Assembly (NCBI GenBank): GCA_046563655.1
Contig: CM102285.1
Span: 6,696,001-6,760,000, forward strand
Length of the DNA stretch: 64,000 bases
Origin: Yuukianura sp. NJ FZ-2021
Lineage: Eukaryota
Direction of reading: 5' to 3'
Under the pieces are notes generated by a model. It ran no database searches and had not been told where the DNA came from. It saw nothing but the letters and a program-made list of their open reading frames with translations. The translations under genes and the position numbers were made by a program. Within the stretch, counting starts at the first letter, position 1. Every line of letters begins with the position of its first letter. Of the stretch, positions 48,681-62,430 are shown piece by piece.

Positions 48681-51600
48681 ATGGCTGCTGTGGTGAGAAC
48701 TCGAGTACTGTTAGGTTGCTCTCGCCAGTTAATTCTCATAATAGTAATTACATGTCTGCTTGGCAATGGACATGGCAAAGAGGAGCAGAGTGATTCTAAC
48801 GGCGAGAAAAGTCTAATTCTTAGTAATCCGAGATGTCAAAATCAAATACCGCGATGTGAAGGAAATCGAACACCAACTACTGATTTGGAAGCTCTGGACT
48901 GCATACTTAACCATAAGGTTGGTACAAAATGATTGTAAGATGGTTGTTGGTATGGCGTAGCTTTGTCTAAATCTAAAAGGACATCAGCAGGAGTAAAGTG
49001 TTTCTGTTGTTGCAGAGGGACGAAGTAAAAGAAATCAACGAAGAATGCAATCATTCGTTGTGGATTTTTCGAAAATCACTTATGGAGACTCAAGGATTCT
49101 TGAATGCAGTTACCGCAACATGTCACGTCGAACTCGACAACATGAAGTGTGGAAAGAGCAATGTTGTCATGTGCGTGCTTGAGCAGAAGGAAAATATAAA
49201 GTCGTAAGGTTCAGAGTTCATTTTGCATTTTATCGAGTTGATATTTTACAAAGAGGTTCGGTTTTGTTAAGGTTAGGTTAAAAGCCATGTATAGCTAGCC
49301 GATTGTTTGCTTAACAAAAAGGAACGTCAATTGTTAATTCGTATGAGAATTATTAATATTAGTATGTCTGAAACCGTACGTTCGAATCTTTCATCCCGGC
49401 GAAAAGAAACAAAGTACAAAGTATTTGCCATTTTTAACTAAGCTTTCTTGACTCTGATTTTTCAAGGGAACACTGCCGTGATGAAGTTTCTGCTGTGGAA
49501 AGGGTTATGTTCTCAGATTATGCTGTGATTGGCAAGTTTGCGGATATATGTATGGAAGACATTCAAAACAATCTATGTGGAAGAGTGGAAATAGCCCCAG
49601 TTTCGGAGAAAGAATTTAAGGTAGTATTTAACGAGTGAAGGTAATTTGAAATGTCTTATTGTCAGTGCGATATCATAGAATCAAACACAATCTCCTTCTC
49701 GTTTACCTTCCAGTTTCTTCCAACATCTCAGGGCTCCACAATTGAATGCCTTTCAAAGGTAATTGCTAACGTTACCGAGAGCTGTGCCATAGAGATTCTA
49801 CGGGTTGCTGAACTCCAGGCGGATGATTACCATTTAGATCGGTAATAAGTCTGTCATCGGTCGAGACGAAAAATCATACATTAACGAGAAAAGAGAGCAT
49901 AAAATTTCTTGGACTAATTGGATTTAACAGAGCATTGTACTTCGCATGCCGCGATGACCGTGAAATTTTTTGCAAGGACATAGCCGCTGGAAATGGGAAA
50001 GTCTACCGATGTCTTCTAGAAAACAAAATGGAAAACCGAATGTCTGAAGGCTGCCGCAATCAGTTGCTTAGAAGGCAAAAGTTAACCGCGCAAGATTTTA
50101 AGTAAGTTTTCTCCCAAGTGTATGATGAGTCGATGAGCTATAATACTTTTGTTTAGCGCGCCGCCTAAATAGTATTCTATTTAGTGGCCTGCGGTAGTTT
50201 TTTTTTGTATTAAATGTGTAAATTATGAACGACTTTTCAGCCTTATTGTTCACAACCATTGTAAAATGCTTTTAGAGCAAGGAATTCTAGAGTTTGATTT
50301 TTGTTTTGAATTTGCAGGGTGTCATCTCTACCTTTTGCGTGCAAAGCTGAGATTAAAAAATTCAAGTATGTTTTATTTTTAATTTTTAAGAACCAACACA
50401 ATTCAAATCGCGGATACATTTTCAAATTAGTATGCTGCAAAAATGCTAATTCGGTTTGGGATTTCAGGTGTCGGAAAGGCACGGACACTGACAAGCATGT
50501 TCGTCTTTCTCAAATTCTGCTTTGTCTGGAAAATGCTGGACATAGTGGTCAGGCATTGAATGGGGAGTGTATCGAGGAGATTCGTCTTCAACGGAAGTCA
50601 CTAATGGAAGATTACCGAGCTACGCCAGAACTACTTAAGGACTGCAGCGCTGATTCCAGAAAGTTTTGCCCAAACTTGAAACCGGTTGCGGGTTCCACTA
50701 TTCATTGTCTTATGCAACACGCCATGAGTCCACGCAAGGTGGAACGAATCTCACCGAATTGCCGCTTACGGGTACGTTTCCAGCAAAGTCCATTTCTGGA
50801 TAAAGTTTTGCGCTGTAAGCAAATACAGGCACTAATTTGGCTTTGCTTCTCACTTAACTCAGCTAGAGGAATTGATGAAATTGACGGATGTGGGTGATAA
50901 TTGGAACGTCGACCCTGTGCTCAAAGACAAATGTCAGCAAGTTGTACTGGAGTCTAGTTGCCGCGATGTGCCCAACAATCAAGTTATGACTTGTTTGATG
51001 AACTTGTTAACGTCAGATACAATTGGAGAATCGGATGGGCATGCCATGACAGACGGATGTGAATCCGCTCTTCTCCAAATTCAGTATTTCATGACGCGAG
51101 ACTTTACAATAAACAGCGTTCTCTACGACAAATGCAAAGCCGATGCGACGAATATCTGCGGCGTCAATGAACAGTGGAATGTAGAAGTGGAAGAAGCAGG
51201 TCACAGCGCACAGTTTCCTAAGTCCGGATCTCTAATCCTTTCTTGCCTCTATCGAAACATGGTTTCTGTAAGCGACACTGACAAGACAGCAACATTTCGT
51301 TCTCGGTATTTTTACTATTATAGCTTTTCGTACCTTCAAATTACTCTACCGTATTTCAGGTTACTTCTGAGTGTGGGGAGCGAGTCCGTGAAGCGATGAG
51401 GGAACGAGCCCTGCTTGTCAGTCTCAATCCGGAGTTGGAACAAACTTGTTTGGAAGACTTGTCTGATCTTTGCTCCGACCAGACAAAACCAGGAGAAGAG
51501 TTAAAATGCTTGCAATCCAATTTGGAAAGTATTTCTAAGGGGTGTAAGGAATCGGTTGTCAGCATAACTGAGGTACGTACAATGTATAATGTATAAGATT

Positions 51601-54600
51601 GATTTAATATACGATATCATGCATTGACTCCTGTTTTCACAAGCAGTGGAACAATGCCTGAACTAACTAATTCCCAATTTTATCACCGATACATTGTTAG
51701 ATGGAGGTGAATGACCCATCTGTGGATCCATTCCTCTGGAAATACTGCTCTGGTGTGATTGCGAAATGTAATAAAGCAAAGGGAAACAGCAAAGAAGCTG
51801 CAGACGGAGTACCATCATCGAATAAAGAATATGCAGTAGTTGATGCGGTAGCGGATGATGAGCCAGATGACATTTTCCAATGCCTCGTAAAATCAAAACA
51901 TGAAATGGGAAATAAAAAGTGCAAGGGACGAGTTGAGTACATTCAGCTTCTGCAGCTCAAGCACTACGACTTCTCCTTGAAATTCAAAAAGTTGTGTCAG
52001 GCGGATGTCATTCGGAGATGCTCGGATATCCCTCAAATGACTGCATCAAAGGTCAGTGTACTGGTACTCCACTCTTTATACAGATCTGTTCAAGCGGGGC
52101 CGCTGGGCTTATGGAGTTGATTTTGAGAAAAAAGTATTTAAAAAACTCCGCATTTAGAATTTACAAACATTCTACCTGGTTGGAGAAACTGAGCTTTAAA
52201 ATTCAAGGAAATGCAGTGAACGCCAGCTAAAACCGTACACCCGAAGTTGTTTTATTTATTGTAGAAATGAGTTTAATGAGGCGATTTACAGTTTCGCTTA
52301 TACGCAATTTCCCATAAGACTTCTGGTGCATCTCCTGTATGATTGGTTAGGCGCTCAAAAAACTACGACCACACTTTTCGCATTAGCATACGCTGCTTCA
52401 CATCCCGAACATTTGATATCGGACGAAAACAGGACCCTTCGTCCAGAAAACATAGGTTTTCTGGAAGACGTTTCAGAAATCGTCGGATTTTTCCCTTCTT
52501 TTCCTTCGCACGGCAAAACGGTTCAAGATTCGTCAGATATCAAAAGTTCACGATGTGGAGCAGCGTATGCTAATGCAAAAAGTGTGGTCGTAGTTTTCTG
52601 AGGGTCCTACCAATCAGTCAGGAAATGCACCTGAAGATTGTGGCAGAGTTCACGAATTTTGTGTTTACAATTTACAATTTCGTATTACGTCACCAAGATT
52701 TAGGGCAACCTGAGAATTGAGGCTAAGAAATGGCTCACCCACTTCGTCTGACAGTTTTAGAAAAACTGCAAATGGTTCTCAAATTTGAAATTTAACACAG
52801 TGATTAGCCAGCTATCCTGAGAGTTGTGCAAAATCCCAATCGTGAAGAATCCACCCGTTCGGGTTTTTCGTGATTACGTAGTTGTAAATTCTCAATTCTC
52901 TGTCGTTGCCATGTCTACAAAACACTCTTTGGCGTTGTTTTTATTGACCTGATGTCTCCCCTTAATGACGAGTTTAATGACGTAGAAATGAGTTTAAAAT
53001 CAGGTAAACATGCATGTTTACCTGATTTTAAACTCATTTCTACGGAAACAAAATAGGGGTGTACTAGGCTTTTCATTTGCCTTCGGCAAATGAAAAACCT
53101 AGGCGTAAGTAACCAGATTGACAGACTAAAGTTAAAACGGAAAACAACATCGAAGAATTTGCAACGATACAGCGGATGCAATTCCGCATTACGTCAGCCC
53201 AATTTTTGTCTTTTCATTTTTGCTCCGTTTAGAGCAAAAAATGCTATTTGGCTTGGGTTCGGTATACCACTGTCACTGCGCCCACTGCCCACACACGAAG
53301 CGGACACACGAACAGACGGTTTAGGGTGATTTCCCCTTATGTATATGATGGTTTTAGCTGGTGACATTCCGTAATATTTTTTGTAAATTTTGAACTCGTT
53401 TGGGAGACTTTTCGTTTTGCAGTTTTCCATTCAAAATCAACTCCACCCCTGACGCCATCACATTAAAAAGTCGAGTTAATGTTTACCTTTAAATCTTTAC
53501 ATTAAAGTTAGAGCCAAGATCGGCTCTTCGCCATACTAGAAGTTTAGTACAAACAGTTACTCTCGGTACATGATAAATTGGACTAGGTGTGCATTAATAC
53601 ATTTCATTTTGTTTTGTTTTTCATGGTTTTGGAGCAGTTAGTAACGTGCCTGGGCAGCCATATTTGGAATGACACCTTGAACGACCAGCCACATCGAATC
53701 AGCAAGCCATGCCGAAAACAAATCAAGTATTTAACTTTGTCCAAAATACAACTGGAAGATAAGAGTATTCCTGACGGAATATACGCAGTTTGTCAGTGAG
53801 TGAGGAATTGTTATTTTAAACACTTATGTAATGAGAGTTCATTCTGAGCTTTTACATTCTTCGTGTTCATTTGTAGAAACTCCGTTCAAACGTTGTGCGC
53901 AGGAACTGCCCCTGGCGGTGGTAGGATATTGGAGTGTCTTCGCACAAAGAAAACCCTCATTTCCGATCCTAAGTGTCTTAAGGCATTGTTTCCTTTGCAA
54001 CAGAACGTAAACCAAGACGTTGGACTTGATCTCTTTCTCGCTAACCAATGCCAATTTGAGATTCAAACATTTTGCAATGATAGATCTGGTCTTACACAAG
54101 GCGAGAACGACGGTTCTCTCCTTACATGTTTAAAACTCAACAGTCGCAAAGAGGTAAGAAAAAGTGAGACTGAAACCGCTAACCATTAGCAATTCTGTAC
54201 TTATTCAGGCTGTATTATACGCCCAAATTGCCAATTCGCGTTTCCAAATGGATATCAGTAAAAATTGGGCCAAGGCATTATACTAACCTTGAATTTTCTT
54301 TATTGAAAGGGATTTGACCAGAATCGCTGCGGCAAAGCACTTCGTCTTCGTCTGATGGAACAGAATTCCGACCTGAGGCTTAACCCACGCCTGCAGAAAG
54401 CATGTGGAACTGACATTCCAAAGATATGTCCGCATGTCCCACCAGGCGAGGGACGAATACTAGAATGTCTCAAAGAAGAGTTTGTGAAACCGCATAACCG
54501 TCTCTCGGATCTTTGCGAGGCTCATGTGGAAGGGTTCCTCAAAGGTGCTGCAGAGGTGGACGTTCGTTTTGATTACACCTTGAGCAAATTGTGCCACAAT

Positions 54601-55841
54601 GAGGTATGGAAATTCAAACAAAAATTTTGTTAAGGAGCATATCGCAAAACGACATTTGTAGCCTTAGATTGAAGATAACACAATGCCAATTGGCCAAGTT
54701 AAAGCATGTGACATGCGCGCGTCAACTTAAAACCCGTGTGAGCATACGCCATTGTATGAATTGAATTGTAGTATCAACATCAACTGTCATTGGATAAACT
54801 TAACGTGAGTTGTCAACTTGTAACGTGCCAATGGTTAATTGCATCAACATGTGAAATGCGGAGGCGATGTCTGGTTAGGCTCATTTATGCAAGGCATGAA
54901 GCCATTGACACAATGCACAAATTGACACGATTCCAGTCAACGCCATTTCAGTCGACGCAACACGTAGTGGATACAATGCAATTGTATCTTCTAAAGTCCA
55001 ATACCGTGGTCATATATCGAAGGCTGTGCCGTTGTGCGATATTTGTTCATCGTAAAACTAACAAGAACGTATATGCATAACACATTATTTAATGCTTGAT
55101 CATCTTCACTTTAGATTGAAAGCTGTCGTCCCAACTCCATTCTGGAATCTGACGTGCAGGGGTATGACAAAGGGAAGGTGGAAGAGTGTCTCAAAGACTT
55201 GTTTCGGCAGGATAGAATTCTGAATAAAGACTGCAAGGTTCAAGTTCGTCTACTCATACAATCAACAGAAATCGACATTCATGTTGACCCCATTCTTCAT
55301 CGAGCTTGTGTAAGTTCTCAAGGATAAAGCATACGTCATGTTTTTAAGTAAAGTACATGTTGATATTGTCCGCAGTCGATCGACGTCTTGAAACGATGTG
55401 ATGGAGTTCTGCCCGGAGAGGGAAGAGGTGAGTCTAAAGCCTTAACAATTAGCAATGTCGTGGTTCGTGTAATGATGTACCAGAGGATTTCTGAATACAT
55501 TATATAAAAACATTTAAAGTATGTAAAAATTAAAGTATATAAAAACATTTTCAGTGGTCGCTTGCCTCTTGAATGAGTATGACCGGGAGACTGGAGGCGA
55601 AGTGGGTCGTTTGAGTCAACAGTGTCGGAAGCTGTTGGGAGATCGAGCTCAACTATTTGAATTGGCAGGAAAGCCGATGATGGGAATGGAATCCATACAA
55701 GACCTGTACGTTCATGTGAAGGAGTCGTCTCATCGTAATTACTTCCTAGTTTTGGCTATGTCTGTTCTCGGTGTGATATTTGTCCTTGGACTCTTCTGTG
55801 GAAGATCCACAAGAAAGCGAGCAATGGCAAAGGAGAAGTAA
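48681..55841 (+). CDS. GLG1: Golgi apparatus protein 1 (MG-160/ESL-1/CFR1), multi-exon, cysteine-rich GLG1 repeats
   Basis: Signal-peptide-like N-terminus (exon 48681-48917). Cys-rich repeats SQGSTIECLS, EILRVAELQADDYHLDR, LYFACRDDRE, RLSQILLCLE, LMEDYR, SDLRLNPRLQKACGTDIPKIC..VPPGEGRILECLK. C-terminal TM helix YFLVLAMSVLGVIFVLGLFCGR with short basic tail and TAA at 55839-55841. Internal exon boundaries were not all resolved. Confidence 0.93.
52320..52636. mobile_element. Foldback/MITE-like inverted repeat in a GLG1 intron (~110 bp arms; weaker symmetry may extend to ~52150-52890)
   Basis: aaaactacgaccacacttttcgcattagcatacgctgcttcacatc versus gatgtggagcagcgtatgctaatgcaaaaagtgtggtcgtagtttt. 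Confidence 0.75.
52981..53044. repeat. Perfect 64 bp spacerless palindrome
   Basis: cgtagaaatgagtttaaaatcaggtaaacatg followed directly by its exact reverse complement. Confidence 0.95.
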
Positions 55842-56275
55842 AGAACCAGTTAACCAGTTTCATACTCCACAAATAACTATAATGAGAATTAAACTATGTG
55901 TAAAAGTTAGTAATTGACACGAAGGAACTTATTTCGCCTCAATTGGTATCATACTCGGGAACGGATTTACTGACATGAGAGAGGGTATTTGGGACTACCG
56001 TACATGTACTACCGTAGTACCGGTAATACAGGTTCATCTAACCATACTCTTTCTCACAATTCTTTGTTAGTTAAGGTTTATTAATGTTAGTCTTCATAAC
56101 AATTAGGTCATCCTCATCACGTAAATGGTCATATACCACATTCTGTCAAAACAAAAACAGTTTACTACCAAAATATTACAACATTACAATACGCTATCAT
56201 AAGCATCAGCAACAGCGCATAAGTTGAAGATCGAGTTTTCCTTAAGCGTTACTTGACGTAACATAACACGTTGTC

Positions 56276-59200
56276 CTAATCAGAGTCGGAGTCGCTGCTG
56301 CTGTCAGTCTTTGGAGTTTTTCTTCCTTTCGTATTTTTTTGCACCTGAAAACATATAAGTACTTAATGAAAGCTATATCTCGAAAAATCTCGACGTAGTT
56401 GATAGTCTGCAATAACGTAGTTGCGATAAGTTACCGGCTTTGACGGAATCTGGTACGGAAATTGACGATTCCCCGCTTCCACTGCATGTTTAAGTTTTTG
56501 GATGACTGGATATGCCAAGTCGGTCATTTTGATTACTTTTGAATTCATGTAACCATTCAGGATGTCCATTGCTTCATTAGCCTTTCCGAGGTCACCTAAA
56601 TTTAGTGATTACAAATCAGTTACACATGAAATTGTAAACGAGCTACCCAAAAACTGCTTAAATAAAAGACATAAAAGAAAAGGAATTTTGTTTTAGTACA
56701 TACACATAATTTCCATTAGGCCGCTGATTATCAAGCCTTTAGATGCAGTTGCCAAGCCTTCTTTAGGTACCAACAAATTTGCGAGTCGCAAGGCCAGCTC
56801 TTTGTCTTTACTTTTTGTGGCTTCTTTTAGTATAGACTGGAACTTGAGGCTTTCTATATCCGCCGAATTCAACTGGAAAATATTGTTAGATTACAGAAAT
56901 TGAGTATTTCAAAGCAACAAAGAATTTTACTAGACTTGTTTATATATTTTTCTAACCTTGGTATCAAATATTTCTTGAGCCCTCTCATAGTTTTTTCCAG
57001 TAAAATTCACAATCCACAGAACATTCTGTAAACATTGCTTGTTGCGTACATCCGTGATCTCTGACTCCAAGGATTCAACTGCGTATTTTTAAAACTTCAA
57101 AATTGAATAATATCGCAATTCGCAATCTGATCTCAGTCAATTACTAGAAAGGCGCTAGACTTACATTCTGGCAACAGTTCTGGATTGTGCTTAAGAATGT
57201 ATGCCGATGCGGAGACAGGAATGAGTCCGCTGGCACTTGATTGAGCGTCGCTCCCTTTCTGGCCGTAAACTCGTCCTTTAATGTATTTTTCGAAATATTC
57301 AGCGCTCCTTCCTGTTTCAGCATGGGCAAAGCAAAGACGACTGTTCAACATCGACATCCTCTTCAAATCCTTTGAAAAGAAGTTACAAATTACAAATCAG
57401 ACAACCTACAACTATAGTCTCCAAAAACTTGTTATTGTTAATCTTACGTCATTTAGGGTAGATTCCAATTGCAGTAAAGTATCAACTTCTCCAGCCGCTG
57501 CCAATTTTCCCACGTAGAATCGGAGAGTTCGTGGATGAGGATGAACTCCGTTCTGAAGCATTTGATTTACGAGTCGAGTTGCTTCTCCCAAACGACCAGT
57601 TACAGCCATTCGAGCAATCAACTGGCTCATATCACGGGTCGAGAATGACTTGCCTTCGCTTTCCAACCTATCAAAAATAATTTTTGTAAAACAAGGTTGG
57701 GACTTTCGGCGACAATTCCTGAAGTTTATAACTTACAAAAAAATAGAACTAGGGCTTGTAAATTGTTTGTTAAACAAGAGAGAGACGTTTGATTTATTAC
57801 CGGTGTTGGAGTTCAAGGGCCTTATCCAATTCATCATTTGCTAGATATGCTTTCAACTCCGACGAAATCGGATCCAAATCTTGAGCTACTTGGTGCGGAG
57901 TTTTCGTTTTACGTTCCTTCACCTCAGTGCTTGCTGGGGAACGGATTGGTGTGTGAATCTTATTACTCAATGTTTTCTTCTCCGGCACTACAAATGGCAC
58001 CTCCACATTTCTGGATTTGAGAAAATCCGCTAAGTAAATCATAAGTTCTTCAGAAGGTTGGACGTTCTCTTCTTGCAATGAAGTCCACACACTAAGAGCT
58101 TTGTCCACATCGTCTTGCTTGCCTGAAATTATTTAGACTCCTTTACAAACTGAATCCATTTTTACAACAATAGATAATATTTTTTAAATTCTTTGGCAAT
58201 TTACAGAAGTCGATTTTAGGTTATTATAAGTGATCACTTGTAAGCTCGTGCAAGGAATGTGCCGACAACAATGCGTTTTCTACTCTTCTCTCGAACCAAT
58301 AAACATAAGAAGCAAAAGAATTTTGAATTTTAGTAGCTTACGGTAAGCCTTGAGGAGAAAGAAGTACATTGAATTTCTGTCTACGTTGAATACATCTCGA
58401 GTAATTTCGACTAATTTTTCGAGTTCTTCAATTTTCTCTTCGTCCAAGTACTGCTGACAAGTAAATTCTAGCTTCTCATTCCGTGCTCTAAAACCCGCAG
58501 TCTAAAACAAGTAAATGAACGATTACATATTTTCATTTTCGTATACGAATACGAAACCATTAATAATAACCGCATTTCTCAAAATTTGTTTTCTAACCTC
58601 GACAATTTTTTTGGCTTGTCTCACTTTCCCGCACTCCAAGAAGGCGAAGACCAGATCGTACAAACTATTAATTTCTCCGTGTTGTTTGATGCTCAAATCG
58701 AGAACTTTCTGCAGACGATCCGCATCATCCGCCTTGATAAAACGACAAAGGAGTTCAAATTTCCATGGTGTTACACTGTAGTCGTTGACGCAGGTTTCGA
58801 ATTCCCTCAGAGCGCCGTCCAAATCATCCCTGTTGAATACAAGGTTTAAGTATGTAAAACAATCCTACTATTACACCCATCGATTTTTCTGTTAATGTTA
58901 TTTATGTTGCTCTCGAATCAAAAGGCCACAACAGAAAACATTCTTAAATACTAGTTCATTGGCTTGAACTAAGCGCCTGTGCCAGTACATGTATTCAAAT
59001 TAACGTAATAAAGCAAGAAAGGTGATGGTTACTTGACAAGATGAGCTTTCACAAGTGGTCCCAGGACAACGTTGTTGACAGGCGTGAGACCTCTCTCTTT
59101 CAATATATTGAAAACCTCCTTCACCTTGTCCACGTCTCCTTTTTCAGCGACGGAGTTCATAATTTTCCAGACAATGCTAACTTGATTGGCTCCTTGTGGC

Positions 59201-62200
59201 ACTCGTGTTTCATTACGGGGCTGGGATTTGAGAAACTGGACACATTCTTGAAGAAAAAAACAATAATTAACCAACCATAGCTCGAAAAGGCAAAAGTCTT
59301 CAGTGCATACTTACCATCTGTCAACTCGTTTGAGACGAGCAATAGAGCATAACGTAAAATCTTCAAGTCGTCCAAAACAAAAAATTCCCTTGAACGGATG
59401 TGTTCATACGTTTCCTTCGCCTTTTCCAAATTATTTGTTTCACAGTACAAATCCAAAAGTACAGCAAAAATACCCGGAGTGAAAACAAATTTGTCATTCA
59501 GCAAGTCCTGTACATTGAACAGAAATACAAATTAGAACGTACTAAAGTTCCTTCATAAGTCTAATTTTTTCACTTAGAGTTAAAGCGATGAAACTGAAGC
59601 AATTCTGCCGTACCCAACCATTATTAGCCTAATAGAAAGTAGAAGCCTTACTTACTTGGTACATCGCTTCAGCTTTTTCGATATTTCTTGCTCTGGCGTA
59701 ATTAAGTAGTAATGCCTTCTGAATCCCTTTTGTCGATCGTCCATTTTGTTTTGCAACGTTGAACATCTCTTCCAATTCAGTTAAAGACTTTTCATCAAAG
59801 TTTACAAATTGTTTTCCCGGTGCAGCAAAATAAGAAGAACTCAAAGTAAGGTCAGCCGATGTCAGCTTCAGAATAATGTTTGAAACTTCGGAGTTTAATT
59901 CTTCGCCCAGATTATTTTGTATCCACTCCAAAGTGCTATTGGAAAGACCAAGACCGTGGCGCAAGCATTCCTGAAATCATTATTGCAGCAAATGATTGAT
60001 TTTCATAAGTGGAAATCCATTTCGGTGGTGAATGGTTTAAATAAGTTTTTAACATTAAGCAACGTAGCATTTGAGTTTAAAAAAAAAAGAGTGAAGTTTA
60101 CCTCCAAAATAGGCATTAAAAGCTGAACTTTGGTTTGAGTACGAGCAGATTCAAGTAGATCCATCAAAACCACTCCCATCGCTTCCCGTGCTGAGTCATC
60201 ACCATCGAATCTGCAGAAAAGTTTGACAATCGACATGTTAGTTGCTTCATCACTATTCCCGTAAAGACCGCTGTATGTAGGGCCAAGCGCTAATTACAAA
60301 AAAAAAGTTTTCTTAAACAAAAACAACTAACCGTTAAGATTGCTATCACTTTCCTGGTGTACAACTGAACATTTAACGTTAACACGCTTTAACGTTACCT
60401 TCCAATTGAAGGCCTAATAAGGCGCGCAGGTAAAAAAAAACCTCAGCCAAAAACTAACTTATCCATGGAACGGTAATAGCGCTAATAAGAACCATGTATG
60501 AATACATGAGTTCTAGTTGTTTTACCCAGCACTGGCGACAATATCCACAAAAGCTTTCGCGTCACGTGTCTTGTAGTAGGCATCAATAAGCGCCCTCCGT
60601 ATTCCAAGATGATTAAACCTCACACGATGCTTGAGAGCTGAAATATTCAAACGGGATTCTAAAGCATGGAGATCGAAAAACATTGCTATAATTATGTAGT
60701 TAACCAAAGGCTTACCAAACATTGCGGCGGTATTCAATTCAGAAGTCTGAAGAATGTGTTGAAGCGCGGCTGGTACAATGGTGCTGGAAGGTATTGTGGT
60801 GTAATTACTCAATTTCTCTAGGATGTGTTCGTACGTCTTGGTTGTGTTGGTTGGAACGTTGAGGAGAGCAGGGATTATGTAATCGCGTAAGGTTTCAATC
60901 GTGGGATTCATTTCCATGTATGTCATACATTTGAGCCCGTAATAGACTTCCTGTTCTGTTTTACTTGACGCGAAGAAGGGCCAGAAGTAGTGTTGGCGAA
61001 TTGGAAATCCGGATTGCTTCAGAGCTTCAATAAAATCAAAAGCTTTTTCGAACTTCTTCAGATCAAGGGCGAATTCCGTTGCACGGAGTAGAGCATGCCG
61101 ATTTAATCCGGAGGTTACAAGTTCATGGCAAATTTTCATAACTTTTGCAGAAGTCACTGCGTCAGAAGCCACAAGCTGGCGAATGAAAAAGTTCCCAGAC
61201 GGAGCTGGTTCATCATCTGTAGTACGCACTTGACGCGGCATTTGCTTCAGCAGCTCAAAAGCTGCATCCTCCTGTCCAATGGTAACAAGGCGTAAAATGA
61301 CGTTGGTTACTTCTTGGTTGAAGCCGGCGTGGCGCTTGATCATAGGCACAATCTCTCTCACAAGGGCTTGATGACCATTGGACACAAGACTAAAAATGAC
61401 CTCCAGAAAATCTCGATCCATTAAATAAACTTCCTTCTGATCACATTCGGATACGATCCGCTTGATGCTTTCCATGTCCCCTTTCTTAGCATACCCTCGC
61501 ATAAGAGTAACATAAGAGTCGTCGTTTGGTTCAAGTCCAGCCTGCTTCATAACACCCAATATACCTTCGGCACTAAGCATGTCACCGGTTTGGGCATGTC
61601 CCATAATAAGGGCGTTGAAAACATGAACGTTGATTGGCAACTGTTTCTCTTTCATATGTTGCAAAATTGTTGAAGCGCCTTCAATATCCCCATCCTGACA
61701 GAAACGAGCAATCAGTCGCTGGAATGTCACCCGATTCGGTTGCAACCCCTTAACGCTCAACTCTTGAAGAAATTCGGTGGGATTGAACAAGTACTCATTC
61801 TCCAGATACACCCGAAGCAGAGAGTTGTAGTGACTGATATCCAAAGGAACTTTCAGTTTCTCCATCAACTTCCAAACCTCTTGGACTAGTTTTGTTCTGT
61901 TCTCGAAAGTTTCGTCCGGAACCAATTCTCCACAGCATCGAATAATCATTAAACTCTGATTGCTCGTCATAGAATTAAGTTGTTTAACCTCTTCCAATAC
62001 TTCCGCCAATTCTCTTCGATTGATTCTTCCAGTCCGGCGGATTTCGGTGTCGAGGCGATGTAACGACTGATCCAAGTGCTCTTCCGAGCGTGCATACTTG
62101 ACTGATCCGCCGTGAATTCCCCTGATGGGTCTAGCAGTGGAAGAACTGGCAACGAATGTTGTCGAAATCGATGAAGGTGAACAAGCATTAAACTTGTATC

Positions 62201-62300
62201 CTGGTACATTTGCCAAACGGGAAGGTTGGATTTGTGTACCTGCTTGTGCTCGGCAAAGGAGGTAAATTTTAGGAACATACTTCAACGACGATCTGAACAT
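56276..62300 (-). CDS. LRPPRC: Leucine-rich PPR motif-containing protein, mitochondrial (Drosophila bicoid stability factor ortholog), multi-exon
   Basis: R/S-rich, acid-poor mitochondrial-presequence-like N-terminus. LHRLDTEIRRTGRI, SLMIIRCCGELVPDE, DISHYNSLLRVYLEN, QPNRVTFQRLIARFCQDGDIEGA, PIRQHYFWP, LDLSIKQHGEINSLYDLVFAFLECG, DKALSVWTSLQEENVQP. First exon 62300-60716. Last exon ends DSSSDSDSD-TAG at 56276. Confidence 0.93.
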
Positions 62301-62430
62301 GATGGTGAATGTTGAACTTCGTCTCCCTCAATAGAACGTGGTATGAGAAGATGACTGATAAAATAAAATAATTAATAAATTAATCACACTGAAGGAAAGT
62401 TGTCCCGGCCCGGTGCGGATTAGTAAATTG

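Noticed and set aside
54660..55080. Degenerate tcaac/ttgac-rich intronic stretch and a 96 aa ORF in GLG1
   Set aside because: Lies within an intron. No clear termini, TSD or recognisable protein similarity.
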